A DNA stretch of 64,000 bases from Candidatus Bathyarchaeia archaeon (GCA_050013255.1 JBEKFP010000003.1:192001-256000); one strand, 5' to 3'; positions 10,280 to 21,140 are shown, counted from the first letter of the stretch. Notes: generated from the sequence alone by a model not told the origin. Made by a program: numbers and translations.

Positions 10280-10783
10280 TGCTCATGTCCACTTGCAAAG
10301 CAGATTCTGTGAGTCCGGTATAAGGAAACGCGGCGATTCCCGCCGACAAGAACGACTAAGCGAGCAACAAATGAACTTGCTTGTTCGATGGCGTTATCGA
10401 AATCTACGAGCGGGAGCAGAAGGAGAGAGCAAGACGGTTTTTGGTAGCCAAGAGATTGTCCCACCGCAAGTATTCCGAAACGGAGGCTGTCACCCGCGAC
10501 GCTTTTGCCATAGCGTTAATTGGCTAACGCTGAAGCGATCGGAAAAACAAGTCTTCGCAGCAGCTGGACCTTCACCGGCTAACAGTATCCATTATTCTGC
10601 GGGCTCCCGCACTCAAGATCCATCTCACGTTATGATCAATTGGGCCAGACTCGTCATCGCCCGCCAGTAAAACTACTCCGAGCCCCGCTAATTTGCGTAT
10701 CTAAACTGAGTGCTTTGCAAGCTTATTTTCAACCTGACTCGTAGTCGCACTTCAAGTGTGCGAACGAAGGTAAATCCAAGAAA

Positions 10784-11758
10784 TTGCCTGCGGTGCGAAT
10801 AGTCCCCATCGGCTTCGAGAGTTTGGGCGTCAGGTCGATGTGCACTTTCATCGAGACGCCCGACGTGAGGGTCCTGGTTGATGCGGGTGTTGCGTTGGGG
10901 CCACGGTTCCGAAAACTTCCCCATCCGCGGGAGTACCGTGCACGCGACCAGTGCCGTATGCGGATTAGGGAGTATGCGGCGAAGGCCGATGTTGTAATTA
11001 TTTCTCACTACCACAACGACCACCACACGCCAAACTACACTGAACCCGTATGGCTGGGAAGCAGCGCCGAAGAATCAGAGCAAATCTATCGGGACAAACT
11101 CGTTCTTACCAAGGACATTCGTAATGCGATTAACTTCAACCAGCGCAGAAGAGGCTGGATGTTCCAAAGATTCGTGAAACGAATCGGGAGCAAGTGCGAA
11201 GTGGCTGATGGGAAGAAGTATGAATTTGGCGCCACGACGATAAGCATCTCTAAACCTGTCCCACACGGTGAAGACGAAACTGTACTAGGCTGGGTTCTCA
11301 TGACTATGGTGGAAACTCAAGGGGAGAGAGTACTTCACGCCTCAGACGTTCAGGGCCCCATGTCGAAAGTAACGACACGCATGATACTGAAAAAGAACCC
11401 TGGGATTCTAGTGCTGGGCGGGCCGCCGCTATACTTGGAAGGCGTCCGCGTGGAGAAAACCTCCATTCAAAAAGGACTAGACAACGCCTCTACTATCGCG
11501 GGGAAGATCCCGAAGGTAATCTTCGAACACCATGTACTCCGATCCGCGAACTGGAAGGAACAAGCAGGACAGGTCATTGAGGCCGCTTGTAGGGTGGGTC
11601 ACGAAGTCGTTACCGCGGCTGAATTCTCGGGGGAACAGCCGATGCTGCTTGAATCAATTCGGGAACGTTTGTATGAAGAGGAGCCGCCTTCTGAGGAGTT
11701 CATGAAATGGACCCAGCTCAACCACGAGAAGCGAAGGCAACAAGCCCCACCTGTTTAG
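10784..11758 (+). CDS. Metallo-beta-lactamase-fold protein (UPF0282-like)
   Basis: ESLGVRSM, SHYHNDH, VPHG, SDVQGP, EHH. Confidence 0.85.
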   Translation: MPAVRIVPIGFESLGVRSMCTFIETPDVRVLVDAGVALGPRFRKLPHPREYRARDQCRMRIREYAAKADVVIISHYHNDHHTPNYTEPVWLGSSAEESEQIYRDKLVLTKDIRNAINFNQRRRGWMFQRFVKRIGSKCEVADGKKYEFGATTISISKPVPHGEDETVLGWVLMTMVETQGERVLHASDVQGPMSKVTTRMILKKNPGILVLGGPPLYLEGVRVEKTSIQKGLDNASTIAGKIPKVIFEHHVLRSANWKEQAGQVIEAACRVGHEVVTAAEFSGEQPMLLESIRERLYEEEPPSEEFMKWTQLNHEKRRQQAPPV

Positions 11759-11874
11759 GGCCTACAGCTAATTGCATTCGTGACCTGATTTGGTTGGTTT
11801 ATGTCACGGTTTGACTTGTTTCCATGTAAAATAAACGGGAAATGGGATGGAGGGATGGACGGAGAGAGTTCCGC

Positions 11875-12036
11875 TTATGCGCCTGCTAGCTTTGTCGCTA
11901 GCCTGAACTTCTTTCCGCACGAGGGGCAGGAGAAGTGTTTGATGTGCAGCGCCGGGCCTCGCCCGTCTTTGGGGTGCATATCCCATTCCTTTGCTGGGCC
12001 TGTGACTTCACCGCCGCATTTGAGACATTTCACCAT
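11875..12036 (-). CDS. Cren7-like chromatin protein (Zn-binding type), 53 aa
   Basis: MVKCLKCG.EV..PAKEW.M.PK......I..F.CP.CGKKFR; GAGGTGA RBS before ATG at 12036 (ORF track over-extends to 12192). Confidence 0.7.
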   Translation of the reverse strand: MVKCLKCGGEVTGPAKEWDMHPKDGRGPALHIKHFSCPSCGKKFRLATKLAGA

Positions 12037-12262
12037 GAGTTTCACCTCTTCGCATGTTGGCCGCCGGACAGTGGGCATGGGCTGTGAATGGTGAGGTGGA
12101 TTGGGGGTAAGTTCAGGAGGATTTCCCCGTGTCCAACCGAGCGGGCTGCCATGGCCCGGCCATACATAATTATTGGTATATGAATGTTTCATTTATGGTA
12201 CATTAATATACCTCGGCAACCAATTCCCAATTCAATCGCAATCACAGGAGGTAAGTCAAGCA

Positions 12263-12412
12263 ATGAATGGAGAATCCAAAAGAAGCTTCGCCGTAGCCCT
12301 CGCATCCTTCGCAGTGGGCGCAGTCATCGCCGGTGTCCTCGGTAACTCAAAGACACGCGAGAAGCTGGTCGAAGCAAGCAAGAAGCTATCAAACCACACA
12401 AGCGTCGCGTAG
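12263..12412 (+). CDS. Small membrane-anchored protein (YtxH-like), 49 aa
   Basis: GGAGGT RBS upstream of ATG 12263; FAVGAVIAGVLG...TREKL. Confidence 0.55.
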   Translation: MNGESKRSFAVALASFAVGAVIAGVLGNSKTREKLVEASKKLSNHTSVA

Positions 12413-12569
12413 ACGACCTCTAAAAGGCCAAACGGCCTTTCCTATTTTTCCATCCTTCCCGTACTCTCGGAAAGACTTATTTTCGATTTCAACGCCTTTG
12501 CAGCAAGGCGCGTGAGTGGGGCCTCCCACCCGTTGCGCTGAAGAAACCCCGGAGTAGGGAGGTAAACTA

Positions 12570-13103
12570 GTGAAAAGCAAGAGTTCAATATTCGTTACTT
12601 TGACCGCCGTGTTTGCAGCCATTTACGCTGTAGGCGTTGTGGTTCTCGCACAGATTAGTTTCCTGCCCTTCCAAGTAAGAGTCGCAGATGCGCTTCTACC
12701 TCTAGCGATTGTTTTTGGTTGGCCAGCGGTGATTGGGTTATCGATTGGTGCTTTCGTTGCCAACGTTTTCGGCGGCTTGGGGCCTATCGATATGTTTGGT
12801 GGATCCATGGCCAACTTTCTTGCCACCTTCGCCGCATGGCGGATAGCCCGCAACAGGTCAAAATCCTGGGGATTGGTTGGAGTAACCGTCGAGATCCTTG
12901 TAGTTACATTGATCGTGGGGAGTTACCTTAGCTACCTGTTTGCAATTCCCCTCGAGGTGGGTTGGGCTGATGTTATGTTAGGGAGCATCATAGCCATCGG
13001 TATACTGGGTTCGATTCTGTACTTCGCGGTAAAGGAGCGAGCAGCCGCACTCCTCAAGCCATACGGATTAGCCCAAAGTAACACCAACTCGAAGAAACGC
13101 TAG
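12570..13103 (+). CDS. queT: QueT-family (ECF S-component-like) transporter
   Basis: AAIY, QVRVADAL, GL.IG..VAN, ID..GG. Confidence 0.8.
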   Translation: MKSKSSIFVTLTAVFAAIYAVGVVVLAQISFLPFQVRVADALLPLAIVFGWPAVIGLSIGAFVANVFGGLGPIDMFGGSMANFLATFAAWRIARNRSKSWGLVGVTVEILVVTLIVGSYLSYLFAIPLEVGWADVMLGSIIAIGILGSILYFAVKERAAALLKPYGLAQSNTNSKKR

Positions 13104-13189
13104 GCGCTTCACGGCTCTTTCCAGCCGGATATTCTAGGAATAAGCCTCATAGCCGTGGCCGACGCAGAGCCGGGACTTGTGACCTGTGA

Positions 13190-14167
13190 ATGGCCCCGCA
13201 ACCTTCACGCCCAAAAATCGCCCTATGTTCCGTTGACGAATCCATTGAAGAACTTCAAGACATGCTTGCTAAGCATTTTGACGTTAAGATGAAGCCGTGC
13301 AAGAATGAGGACGAATTAATCGAGTTCGCCGCGGACGCGGACGGAATATTCGTTGACCTCTTGCCGGTAACCGAGAGTGCGATTGAGAAGCTCCCGAAAT
13401 GTAAAGCCATAGTCTTGTACAGCGATGGTTTTGATTACGTGGACTACGCGGCCGCCGCGAAACGTGGAATAAGCGTCTCACACATGCCCGATTACTGCGT
13501 GGAGGAGGTAGCCGACCACGCGGTCATAATGGCCCTCGCTCTCACGAGGAAATTATGGCAAGCAAATGCGGATGTCAAAAACAAGATTTGGGACTGGCCA
13601 AGGCTTAGGCCCATTAAGGCGCTTCGAGACAGCGTCATGGGGATCATCGGCTTAGGCCGTCTAGGGTCCGTGGCCGCTCTCCGAGCGCGCGCCTTTGGAA
13701 TGCGAGTTTTGGAATACGACCCTTACATACCGCCAGGGCGCGAGAAAGTTTTCGGAGCCGAAGCAGTTGATCTTGAGACTTTACTAAAAGAAAGCGATGT
13801 CGTCACTATACATGTCCCGCTAACCAAAGAGACCCACCATATGGTCGCCGAACGCCAATTGCGCGCAATGAAGGAGACAGCTTATCTCATCAACACGTCG
13901 CGGGGCAAGGTGGTGGATACACTTGCCCTCTACAAGGCGTTGAAAGATGGTTGGATCGCTGGCGCGGCCCTGGATGTCCTCGAAGAGGAGCCGCCAAAAA
14001 CTTCGGACCCCTTACTTGCATTACCGAACCTCATTCTCACGCCACACACCGCCTTCTACTCGGAGCGTTCAATCAAGGAGAAGCAGAGGAAGGTCGTTGA
14101 AGAGTTCTCTAGGATCCTAAGCGGCCAGCCCGGTCGCTATAGGGTTCAGCCTCCAACCTACGGATAA
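13190..14167 (+). CDS. D-isomer-specific 2-hydroxyacid dehydrogenase (CtBP-like)
   Basis: PDYCVEEVADH, GLGRLG, NTSRG, LDV..EP, TPHTAFYS. Confidence 0.9.
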   Translation: MAPQPSRPKIALCSVDESIEELQDMLAKHFDVKMKPCKNEDELIEFAADADGIFVDLLPVTESAIEKLPKCKAIVLYSDGFDYVDYAAAAKRGISVSHMPDYCVEEVADHAVIMALALTRKLWQANADVKNKIWDWPRLRPIKALRDSVMGIIGLGRLGSVAALRARAFGMRVLEYDPYIPPGREKVFGAEAVDLETLLKESDVVTIHVPLTKETHHMVAERQLRAMKETAYLINTSRGKVVDTLALYKALKDGWIAGAALDVLEEEPPKTSDPLLALPNLILTPHTAFYSERSIKEKQRKVVEEFSRILSGQPGRYRVQPPTYG

Positions 14168-14209
14168 CTGCTTGCTGAGGGTAACCGCAAAGGCGTTGGG
14201 GAGAGCAAG

Positions 14210-14725
14210 TTGGGTAAGATTGAGCTCATGCTTGGCGACATTACCAAGCAAAGCGTTGACGCAATTGTAAACGCTGCCAACACAACACTGCTGGGTGGCG
14301 GCGGAGTTGACGGCGCTATTCATCGCGCCGCTGGCCCTGAACTCTTAGAGGAATGCCGCAGAATCGGCGGCTGCCCGACGGGAGAAGCAAGAATTACGAA
14401 AGCATACCGGCTTCCAGCGAAACATGTGATACATACGGTGGGTCCGGTTTGGAGCGGAGGAAAAACGAATGAAGAAGAGCTTCTTCGAAACTGCTATAGG
14501 AACTCGATGAATCTTGCAGATGAAAACGGGGTTAAGACGATTGCTTTTCCATCAATAGGCACGGGCGCATATGGATTCCCCATCGAAAGGGCCGCGCCGA
14601 TTGCCCTCCGAGTAGTCCGCGAGAACCTCGAGAAGATGAACCGTATCGAGAAAGTTGTCTTCATGTGTTTCTCGCAATCTGATTACGAAGTTTACGAGAA
14701 ATCTATGAAACTAAAAATAGCATAA
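14210..14725 (+). CDS. Macro domain O-acetyl-ADP-ribose deacetylase (YmdB-like)
   Basis: [26 protein letters not shown]. Confidence 0.92.
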   Translation: MGKIELMLGDITKQSVDAIVNAANTTLLGGGGVDGAIHRAAGPELLEECRRIGGCPTGEARITKAYRLPAKHVIHTVGPVWSGGKTNEEELLRNCYRNSMNLADENGVKTIAFPSIGTGAYGFPIERAAPIALRVVRENLEKMNRIEKVVFMCFSQSDYEVYEKSMKLKIA

Positions 14726-14779
14726 GCCATTGGTTAACCATTAAATCAGACTCAAGGCACAAAAGCTAGGCTGACCATC

Positions 14780-15280
14780 ATGGATTCTCATCGTGTCGTG
14801 GGTGCTGTGCACCAAATGAGCGTCAAGCCAGAGGCGCATGGCGAGAGGGGGCTCCCGAAAACCCCGGTCGATCGAGCCTTAGTTAGGTGGACTGGGCTTG
14901 TGGGCGACTTCAACAGGTATAGACATGAGGAAACGCACGACGACCTTGCGATGGCTGTGCTTCTCATGCCCATCGAAACCATTCAAGAACTCAACGGGGA
15001 AGGTTGGCCGATTAAGCCGGGGGATATCGGGGAGAATTTCACCACATCAGGAATTTCATATGATGCTTTTGCGCCTGGGAAGCGATTTAAGGTTGGGAAA
15101 TCGGTGGTCAGGATCACGAAAGCTTGTGACCCCTGCAGCAACTTGTACCTCCTGCCCTACGTTGGGAAGGACAAGGACATTGTGAAGGCAGTGTACCGGA
15201 GAAGGGGATGGTACGCCAGCGTGGAACAGGAAGGAGAGGTCTCGAAGGGCGACGCGATAGAAGAACTGAGCGGTTCATGA
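14780..15280 (+). CDS. MOSC domain protein
   Basis: GLPK, GENFTT, CDPC, RGWYA.V. Confidence 0.85.
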   Translation: MDSHRVVGAVHQMSVKPEAHGERGLPKTPVDRALVRWTGLVGDFNRYRHEETHDDLAMAVLLMPIETIQELNGEGWPIKPGDIGENFTTSGISYDAFAPGKRFKVGKSVVRITKACDPCSNLYLLPYVGKDKDIVKAVYRRRGWYASVEQEGEVSKGDAIEELSGS

Positions 15281-15372
15281 GCTACAATAACTAAAATGGT
15301 AAGGGCTACCACAGCCCATAGCGGCTACTTATCCATCTCAGTCACTGCCGAGGGTTCTAAGCGCTAATCGTG

Positions 15373-15492
15373 CTACATTTCGAAGTCACAGTCGGGATTG
15401 GAACATTTCCAAGTATCCGCTACTGGGAGTAGTGTGCCATCATCACATTTCATACATTTTGGAAAGTTGGCTACCGTTATGTTTACTGTCAT
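15373..15492 (-). CDS. 39-aa zinc-ribbon microprotein (not in ORF track)
   Basis: MTVNITVANFPKCMKCDDGTLLPVADTWKCSNPDCDFEM; GGAGGTGA RBS upstream; CxxC...CxxxxC. Confidence 0.6.
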   Translation of the reverse strand: MTVNITVANFPKCMKCDDGTLLPVADTWKCSNPDCDFEM

Positions 15493-15675
15493 TCAACTCA
15501 CCTCCAAGAGTATCTGATCGTCTAGGGTTGTTTCTAGTGTAGGCACATGCTTTTGTCCGGCTTATATTTGCTAGTGGAAAGTGTAGGAGAAGATTGGACT
15601 TCAAAATGTAACTGCTAATGGGCGTGACGAGGATATTGACACCGGAAGTTCAATGTGCTTATGCATTTCGATTCC

Positions 15676-16485
15676 TCACTCGCGGAGTTCCGCTTCCAAT
15701 ACTGTAACCGCCTGGCCACCAATGTACACTCGCTTATCGCCGACTCGGACACGAATTACGCCGCCGCGTGCAGAGGCCTGGTAAGCTAGGAGTTCGTTCT
15801 TGCCTAGCCGGTCCCGCCAGAAGGGGCCCAAAACGCAATGCGCCGAACCAGTTACTGGATCCTCGTTGATTCCAGCCCTGGGAGCGAAGAAGCGACTAAC
15901 AAAATCATATGGCTCAGTTGTTGCTTTAGCGGTCACGATTAGCCCCCGGATCGGGAGGGCGGAAAGCCGAGTGAAGTCCGGCTTTAATTTTCGAACAGTC
16001 CTTTCCGAGCTAACTTCAACGATGTAATCAAAGCGACTTCTTCCAACGTACTTCGGCTTCGTCCCGAGAGCCTTCGGAAGGCCGGGAGGAACTTTTGACC
16101 GCTTATCTGGTAAGGAGGGGAAATCGAGTTCAATCCATTCACCCTGCCGTTGCGCTGTCAAGAGCCCACTGCGGGTGTGAAACCGAGCAGCGTCCTCGGG
16201 CCTGATGACCCCTTGTTCCCATAGAGTGTGTGCGCTTGCGAGGGTGGCGTGGCCACAAAGGTCCACCTCAACAGTTGGCGTAAACCAGCGCAAGTTGAAT
16301 CCGTCCCCGCGCCTCTGAAGAAAAGCGGTCTCGGATAGGTTCATCTCCCGAGCCACATTCTGCATCCAGGCATCGTCACGTGGTTCCGGAAGGATGCACA
16401 CCCCCGCAGGATTTCCAGCGAAGGGCTTCTCCGTGAATGCGTCCACTTGGAAAATCTTCAGTCCCATGAATCGCTGGTTACCCAA
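15676..16485 (-). CDS. PhzF family isomerase
   Basis: VDAF, GNPA, SETAF, LCGHATLA, EDPVTGSA. Confidence 0.93.
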   Translation of the reverse strand: MGNQRFMGLKIFQVDAFTEKPFAGNPAGVCILPEPRDDAWMQNVAREMNLSETAFLQRRGDGFNLRWFTPTVEVDLCGHATLASAHTLWEQGVIRPEDAARFHTRSGLLTAQRQGEWIELDFPSLPDKRSKVPPGLPKALGTKPKYVGRSRFDYIVEVSSERTVRKLKPDFTRLSALPIRGLIVTAKATTEPYDFVSRFFAPRAGINEDPVTGSAHCVLGPFWRDRLGKNELLAYQASARGGVIRVRVGDKRVYIGGQAVTVLEAELRE

Positions 16486-16661
16486 ACATGCGTATTATGC
16501 TTTGGATGGCCTGGTTTGTTCGGATAAGGGCCTGCGTACGTGAGCCGTTCAGCCTTCTTGAAGCGTGACCAGTGGCGGTGCGCGCACGCTTGAAGTGACC
16601 CCCCAGGGGGGTGACTCAGTTTTCTGAGTCAAACCGGGCCTGTTTTGCTGTTTTATCGGCC

Positions 16662-17306
16662 TTAGAACAGAAGCGGCAACAGCTTCCAGCGCGTCTTTTG
16701 CGCGTAGGCTTGGTACGCTTTGTCTTCCTTCAGGAGTCGCTCTTCTCCCTGCAACCTCAGAACAAGAAAGAAGCTAGCTATTGCAAATATGAGCAAGTTG
16801 AAGAGTAAAAAATTATTGAGGACGAAACCAGCTTCGACGAGAATGTAGCCCGAGTACATCGGGTGCCGCACGATGCGGTACATTCCATTCGTTTTGATGC
16901 CCCGGTTTTCAGGGCCAATCCCGAAACTCTTATTCAACGATAAGATTGCTCCAACTGTCTGAACCGCGCCCACAAAAACAAACAGATCACCGACAAGTGA
17001 ACCACTCGAACCAACCGCTGGCCGAAAGAACATTGGCGAAACTAACGCGACGAGTGTGTAGACATAGTCTGAAATCCTAGACGAAAAAACAACCATGCTC
17101 TTTCTGATAGCAAACAGAGCAAGAGCCGTTACCTGATAGATCAGGAAGAACGTCTGGTATAACAAGAATGAAGGCTGAAGTTGGAGATTGAAGAAGAATG
17201 AACGAGCATAAACTAAAAGAAAATAGAAGGCGAGTATTACAAATATTAAATCTGTAAATAATGGGAGAACACGAGCCCCGCTCACCTTGCTCATATCTTT
17301 CTCCAT
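16662..17306 (-). CDS. Isoprenylcysteine carboxyl methyltransferase-family membrane protein
   Basis: G.Y..VRHPMY, EE..L, Y..Y; start moved to ATG 17306 to avoid overlap with the upstream gene. Confidence 0.8.
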   Translation of the reverse strand: MEKDMSKVSGARVLPLFTDLIFVILAFYFLLVYARSFFFNLQLQPSFLLYQTFFLIYQVTALALFAIRKSMVVFSSRISDYVYTLVALVSPMFFRPAVGSSGSLVGDLFVFVGAVQTVGAILSLNKSFGIGPENRGIKTNGMYRIVRHPMYSGYILVEAGFVLNNFLLFNLLIFAIASFFLVLRLQGEERLLKEDKAYQAYAQKTRWKLLPLLF

Positions 17307-17400
17307 ACCAGGTCTCTCAGGAAGAACGCTTTGGTATCCTCTGCGAGCAGCTTCGGTTCCCCTGAAACTGCGAAATGACCGCCGGTGGGCGGTTCGGAGT

Positions 17401-18861
17401 TTAGGATATAGGGTGGGTGCGAAGGGCTTTGATGGATTCCTCCGCGGCGGTGAGTGTTTCTTCAATTTCGCGCTCTGTGTGGACCGCTGAGAGGGAGATG
17501 CGTTCAAGCCCATCGGGGTGCATGTAGACGCCGTGTTTCAGCATCTCATCCCTGAAGCGTTTGTACTTCTCCTGGTCCGACTGGGCTGATTGTCTGTAGG
17601 TGGAGACCTTACGAAGTTTTGTGAAGTAGATGGAGAGCAACGGACCGACATTGTTAACGACCACTTGGTAACCTGCCTCTCGGAATTTCGAGGACAGGCC
17701 TTCCTTCAGTTTTGCACCATTGGCTGCCATTCGACGGAAAGCTACGCCATCGTTCTCCATCAATGTCTCCAAGGTTGCTTTTGAAGCGGCGAGCGAGAGT
17801 GGGTTAGAATTGTATGTTCCGCCGAAGCCTATTCTTCCAGGCCCAATCATGCTCATGAACTCCCTTTTCCCAGCAACTGCGGCCACGGGGGCGCCGCCTC
17901 CAAGTGCTTTAGCGAAGCATGCAAGGTCGGGGATTACGCCGTACAATTCTTGCGCACCGCCTTTCGCAACACGGAAACCTGTTAGGACTTCGTCGAAGAT
18001 GAGCAAGACATCATACTTGATGGTCAGTTCGCGCAGGTGCTTGAGGTATTCAGGTTCGGGTGGAATGACGCCTTGGTTTGCCATCACCGGTTCAGTTATG
18101 ATGGCTGCCACGTCGCTGCTGTGTTTCTTGAGTATGCGTTCTAGGGCGGCTAGATTGTTCCATGGAGCGACGATCACAGTTTTCGCGACCTCTTCGGGGA
18201 TGCCAGGGAAGTAAGGTAGCCTAGTCGGGCTCGCTTCTAACCCTGCGACAGGGGAAGGCGCGTCCACGCTGAAGAGAACGGAATCGTGGTGGCCGTGGTA
18301 GTGGCCTTCGAATTTGATCAGCTTATCCTTCCCAGTGACTGCCCTTGCAATCCGCAGCGCTTCCATTGTTGCTTCGGTGCCTGTGTTTGCGAAAGTGACC
18401 ATCTCCGCGCAGGGAACTGCGCTGGTGACCATCTTCGCAACCTCAATTTCCAGTTCGGTTGTGGTACCGAACATGGTGCCATCTTGCAGTTGCTTCTGAA
18501 TTGCGGAGATTACCTTGGGGTGCCTGTGGCCGAGAATCAGGGCGCCGTACGCCATGAGGTAATCAATGTACTTGTTCCCGTCTACGTCCCAAACTCTTGG
18601 TCCTTCACCATTCTTGAAGAGGATTGGGAAGGGTTCATGCATGTGAACTCGGACGTTGGATGACGCTCCGGCAGGCATGTAGATTCTGGCCTGTTCGTTT
18701 AGCTGCCTCGATCTCTCAAGTGAGGCGACCTCCGGTATTGGATTAATCACGCCGAGAAGTTTTCGTTCTTCGCGGCGGTCTAGGAGGGCTTCCATTTCTA
18801 TCAACTCTTTCACACAGAATTTGCCTAGTTCTACCATATAAGATAGTATTATGGTTCTCAC
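17401..18861 (-). CDS. Class III PLP aminotransferase (glutamate-1-semialdehyde aminomutase-like)
   Basis: DVDGN.YIDY, GTEAT, YHGH, FDEV.TGFR, AKALGGG; true start possibly ~18796. Confidence 0.88.
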   Translation of the reverse strand: MRTIILSYMVELGKFCVKELIEMEALLDRREERKLLGVINPIPEVASLERSRQLNEQARIYMPAGASSNVRVHMHEPFPILFKNGEGPRVWDVDGNKYIDYLMAYGALILGHRHPKVISAIQKQLQDGTMFGTTTELEIEVAKMVTSAVPCAEMVTFANTGTEATMEALRIARAVTGKDKLIKFEGHYHGHHDSVLFSVDAPSPVAGLEASPTRLPYFPGIPEEVAKTVIVAPWNNLAALERILKKHSSDVAAIITEPVMANQGVIPPEPEYLKHLRELTIKYDVLLIFDEVLTGFRVAKGGAQELYGVIPDLACFAKALGGGAPVAAVAGKREFMSMIGPGRIGFGGTYNSNPLSLAASKATLETLMENDGVAFRRMAANGAKLKEGLSSKFREAGYQVVVNNVGPLLSIYFTKLRKVSTYRQSAQSDQEKYKRFRDEMLKHGVYMHPDGLERISLSAVHTEREIEETLTAAEESIKALRTHPIS

Positions 18862-19265
18862 GCTCGTTTTTCACATTTTTTGACCTCAAAATTGCGTTTT
18901 CTGACTCCAAAGTGTCAGGGAAAAATCGAATCCAAAGGAATTCCGGATGAATTTGAACTGTTCAACTGTAAGCTTCACAATTCAATATGATTTAAACCGA
19001 TTAGGCATTTGAAACGGAAGATCCGCAAGGTTGGCGTGTCGATATGCTGGCCGTTCTTCGGTCGGAGCTGACATCGACCCGGGAAACGTTCGTGATTTCT
19101 CGGAAACAAGTTCGATTGAACCATAGGCAGAGGTAAGGGTGTTAGTCACCCACGAGCGCACCGCCAAATTAGTTTAACCCATTTTCAGTTGGCTAAACAA
19201 ACAAAATGCTACAGCTAAATGCTAAACGTTAAAGCTAGATTGCCGGCACGTATCTCCGCTAGTAG

Positions 19266-21140
19266 ATGGGATCTATTTTGCAGATGAAGTTTCGATTGGG
19301 CAGAGCAGCTATTGGAAAGATGCAGGGCATCTTAGTAATCGTAGTGTTACTGCTTGTGATTGCCGGAGGTGTATACTTCTACTCTTCAAACAGGCCCGGA
19401 ACCCCAAGTACAACCACCCAGGCGCCTACGACGCTAGTTGTGGAAGAAGAAAGCCAGCCCGACTCAATGGATCCTGCGGTCAGTTACGCAACTTCTGGAT
19501 GGGAAGTTGTCGAGCAAGTCTACCAGGGACTCCTCGCACCGAACGGCCAAAGCTACACCACCTACGTAGGCGTTCTCGCACAAGACTGGACAGTTTCCGC
19601 TGACGGGATGACTTACACATTCACGCTGAGGCCAGGCGTGACATTCAGCAACGGTGATCCATTCAATGCCTTTGTGATGTGGTTCTCGATTTACCGGACC
19701 CTTGTAATGAATCAGGGACCCGCATGGATTCTTGGTCAGAATCTCGGTGCCTCGAATGGCGCCGGCTTCAATATTACCGATAGTATCCTGAATTCCATAA
19801 ACTACACAAGTCCGTCCCCAAGGGATTTGAATTACATGACCTATCCGAATCAATCGGTTCAAGTGACCGGGCCCAATCAACTGATTATGCATCTTGGATA
19901 CGGTTACAACGGGCAGCTACCCTATTCGTCGTTTCTAGCCACACTCAGTACACCTACGGCTTACGCTGTCGACCCGATCGTTGTGGAAGCAAACGGTGGG
20001 GTTTTGGCGGATCAACCGAACAATTGGATGGAAACTAATGCCGTCGGAACGAGCTTCTACAAGCTTCAATCATGGATCCAAGGCCAGAGCGTGACCCTAG
20101 TCAAGAACCAAAACTATTGGGGGGCGAATGTTCCAGCATCGGAGGAAAATTCTGCGATACAGCCCGCTATCATTAACACCGTAAACTTGTACTATAAACC
20201 CACTTCCACCATGGTTGCTGACCTAAAGTCCGGCTTTGCTCAAATCATCGTTGCCCCAACGTCCCAGCATGGTGTTCTAAGTCAAATTCAAGGGGTTTCC
20301 GTATCAGTTTTGCCGCCTGTATTCGGCTCAGCGCAAGGTGTCCACTTCCTATACATGGACCCATATGCCTTTCAGCCCTTCCAAGACGTTCGGGTCAGAG
20401 AAGCTATCGCCAATGCAATCGATTACAAATCCATAATTCACACAGTCTTCAATGACCAGGCAACTCAATGGATTGGCCCAGTGCCACCCGGCTTTCCATA
20501 TTACAATGAATCAACCACAGGCCTGCAACCATACCAATTTGACCCAGCGATGGCTGCGAATTTGCTCGCCCAGGCCGGGTACAAGGCCACCCTTCCCGAT
20601 GGAACGAAACTCAATCCTGGCGGGAAGACTTTTCCAGCCGTTAACTTTCTGTACGATGCTGACTCATCCACAGAGGGACAGACCGCCGAAATCATAGCGA
20701 CGGAATTGGGTTCCATAGGAATTACAGTGACGCTCACGCCGCTAACGTTTAAGCAATATGCAAATGTCATAACCAGCACGTCAGACGCAAGCACAACGCC
20801 TTACCCATTTGGAATAAGCTTCTACAGCGAAGACTACACAGCTAGCATAGACTACGTGTCAGCCATTACCACAACTCCACAGATAGGCTTCTCCGCATAT
20901 AGCAATGACACCGTTGCGGGTTGGACAACTGCGGCGGCCTCAGCTCTAGATGAGAACACAGTAATCAGTAATTTTAGTCAAATCACAAAAGCCATGTATT
21001 ACGATTACACGGACATATGGTTGTACGTGCCGTACTTCATGACAGCCAACAAGAGCAATGTTGTCGGAATGATACCGAACCCTGCAGGCTCTGGTGCAGC
21101 ATACTTCATGTTCTACAATACAGTCCACTACAGCCCCTAG
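19266..21140 (+). CDS. Peptide/nickel ABC transporter substrate-binding protein (family 5)
   Basis: N-terminal TM, DPA, YTFTLRPGVTFSNG, VREAIA.AID. Confidence 0.9.
   Translation: MGSILQMKFRLGRAAIGKMQGILVIVVLLLVIAGGVYFYSSNRPGTPSTTTQAPTTLVVEEESQPDSMDPAVSYATSGWEVVEQVYQGLLAPNGQSYTTYVGVLAQDWTVSADGMTYTFTLRPGVTFSNGDPFNAFVMWFSIYRTLVMNQGPAWILGQNLGASNGAGFNITDSILNSINYTSPSPRDLNYMTYPNQSVQVTGPNQLIMHLGYGYNGQLPYSSFLATLSTPTAYAVDPIVVEANGGVLADQPNNWMETNAVGTSFYKLQSWIQGQSVTLVKNQNYWGANVPASEENSAIQPAIINTVNLYYKPTSTMVADLKSGFAQIIVAPTSQHGVLSQIQGVSVSVLPPVFGSAQGVHFLYMDPYAFQPFQDVRVREAIANAIDYKSIIHTVFNDQATQWIGPVPPGFPYYNESTTGLQPYQFDPAMAANLLAQAGYKATLPDGTKLNPGGKTFPAVNFLYDADSSTEGQTAEIIATELGSIGITVTLTPLTFKQYANVITSTSDASTTPYPFGISFYSEDYTASIDYVSAITTTPQIGFSAYSNDTVAGWTTAAASALDENTVISNFSQITKAMYYDYTDIWLYVPYFMTANKSNVVGMIPNPAGSGAAYFMFYNTVHYSP

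Noticed and set aside
8811-10670. Long + strand ORFs (244 aa, 297 aa), and similar antisense ORFs elsewhere
   Set aside because: Shadow frames opposite well-supported genes, with no recognisable motifs.
16558-16630. Possible outlying cassette junction (AAGCGTG..CGGTGCGCG..CACGCTT) with adjacent hairpins
   Set aside because: Core is CGGTGCG, the centre is 17 bp and it is 13 kb from the array; more simply a hairpin/terminator region.
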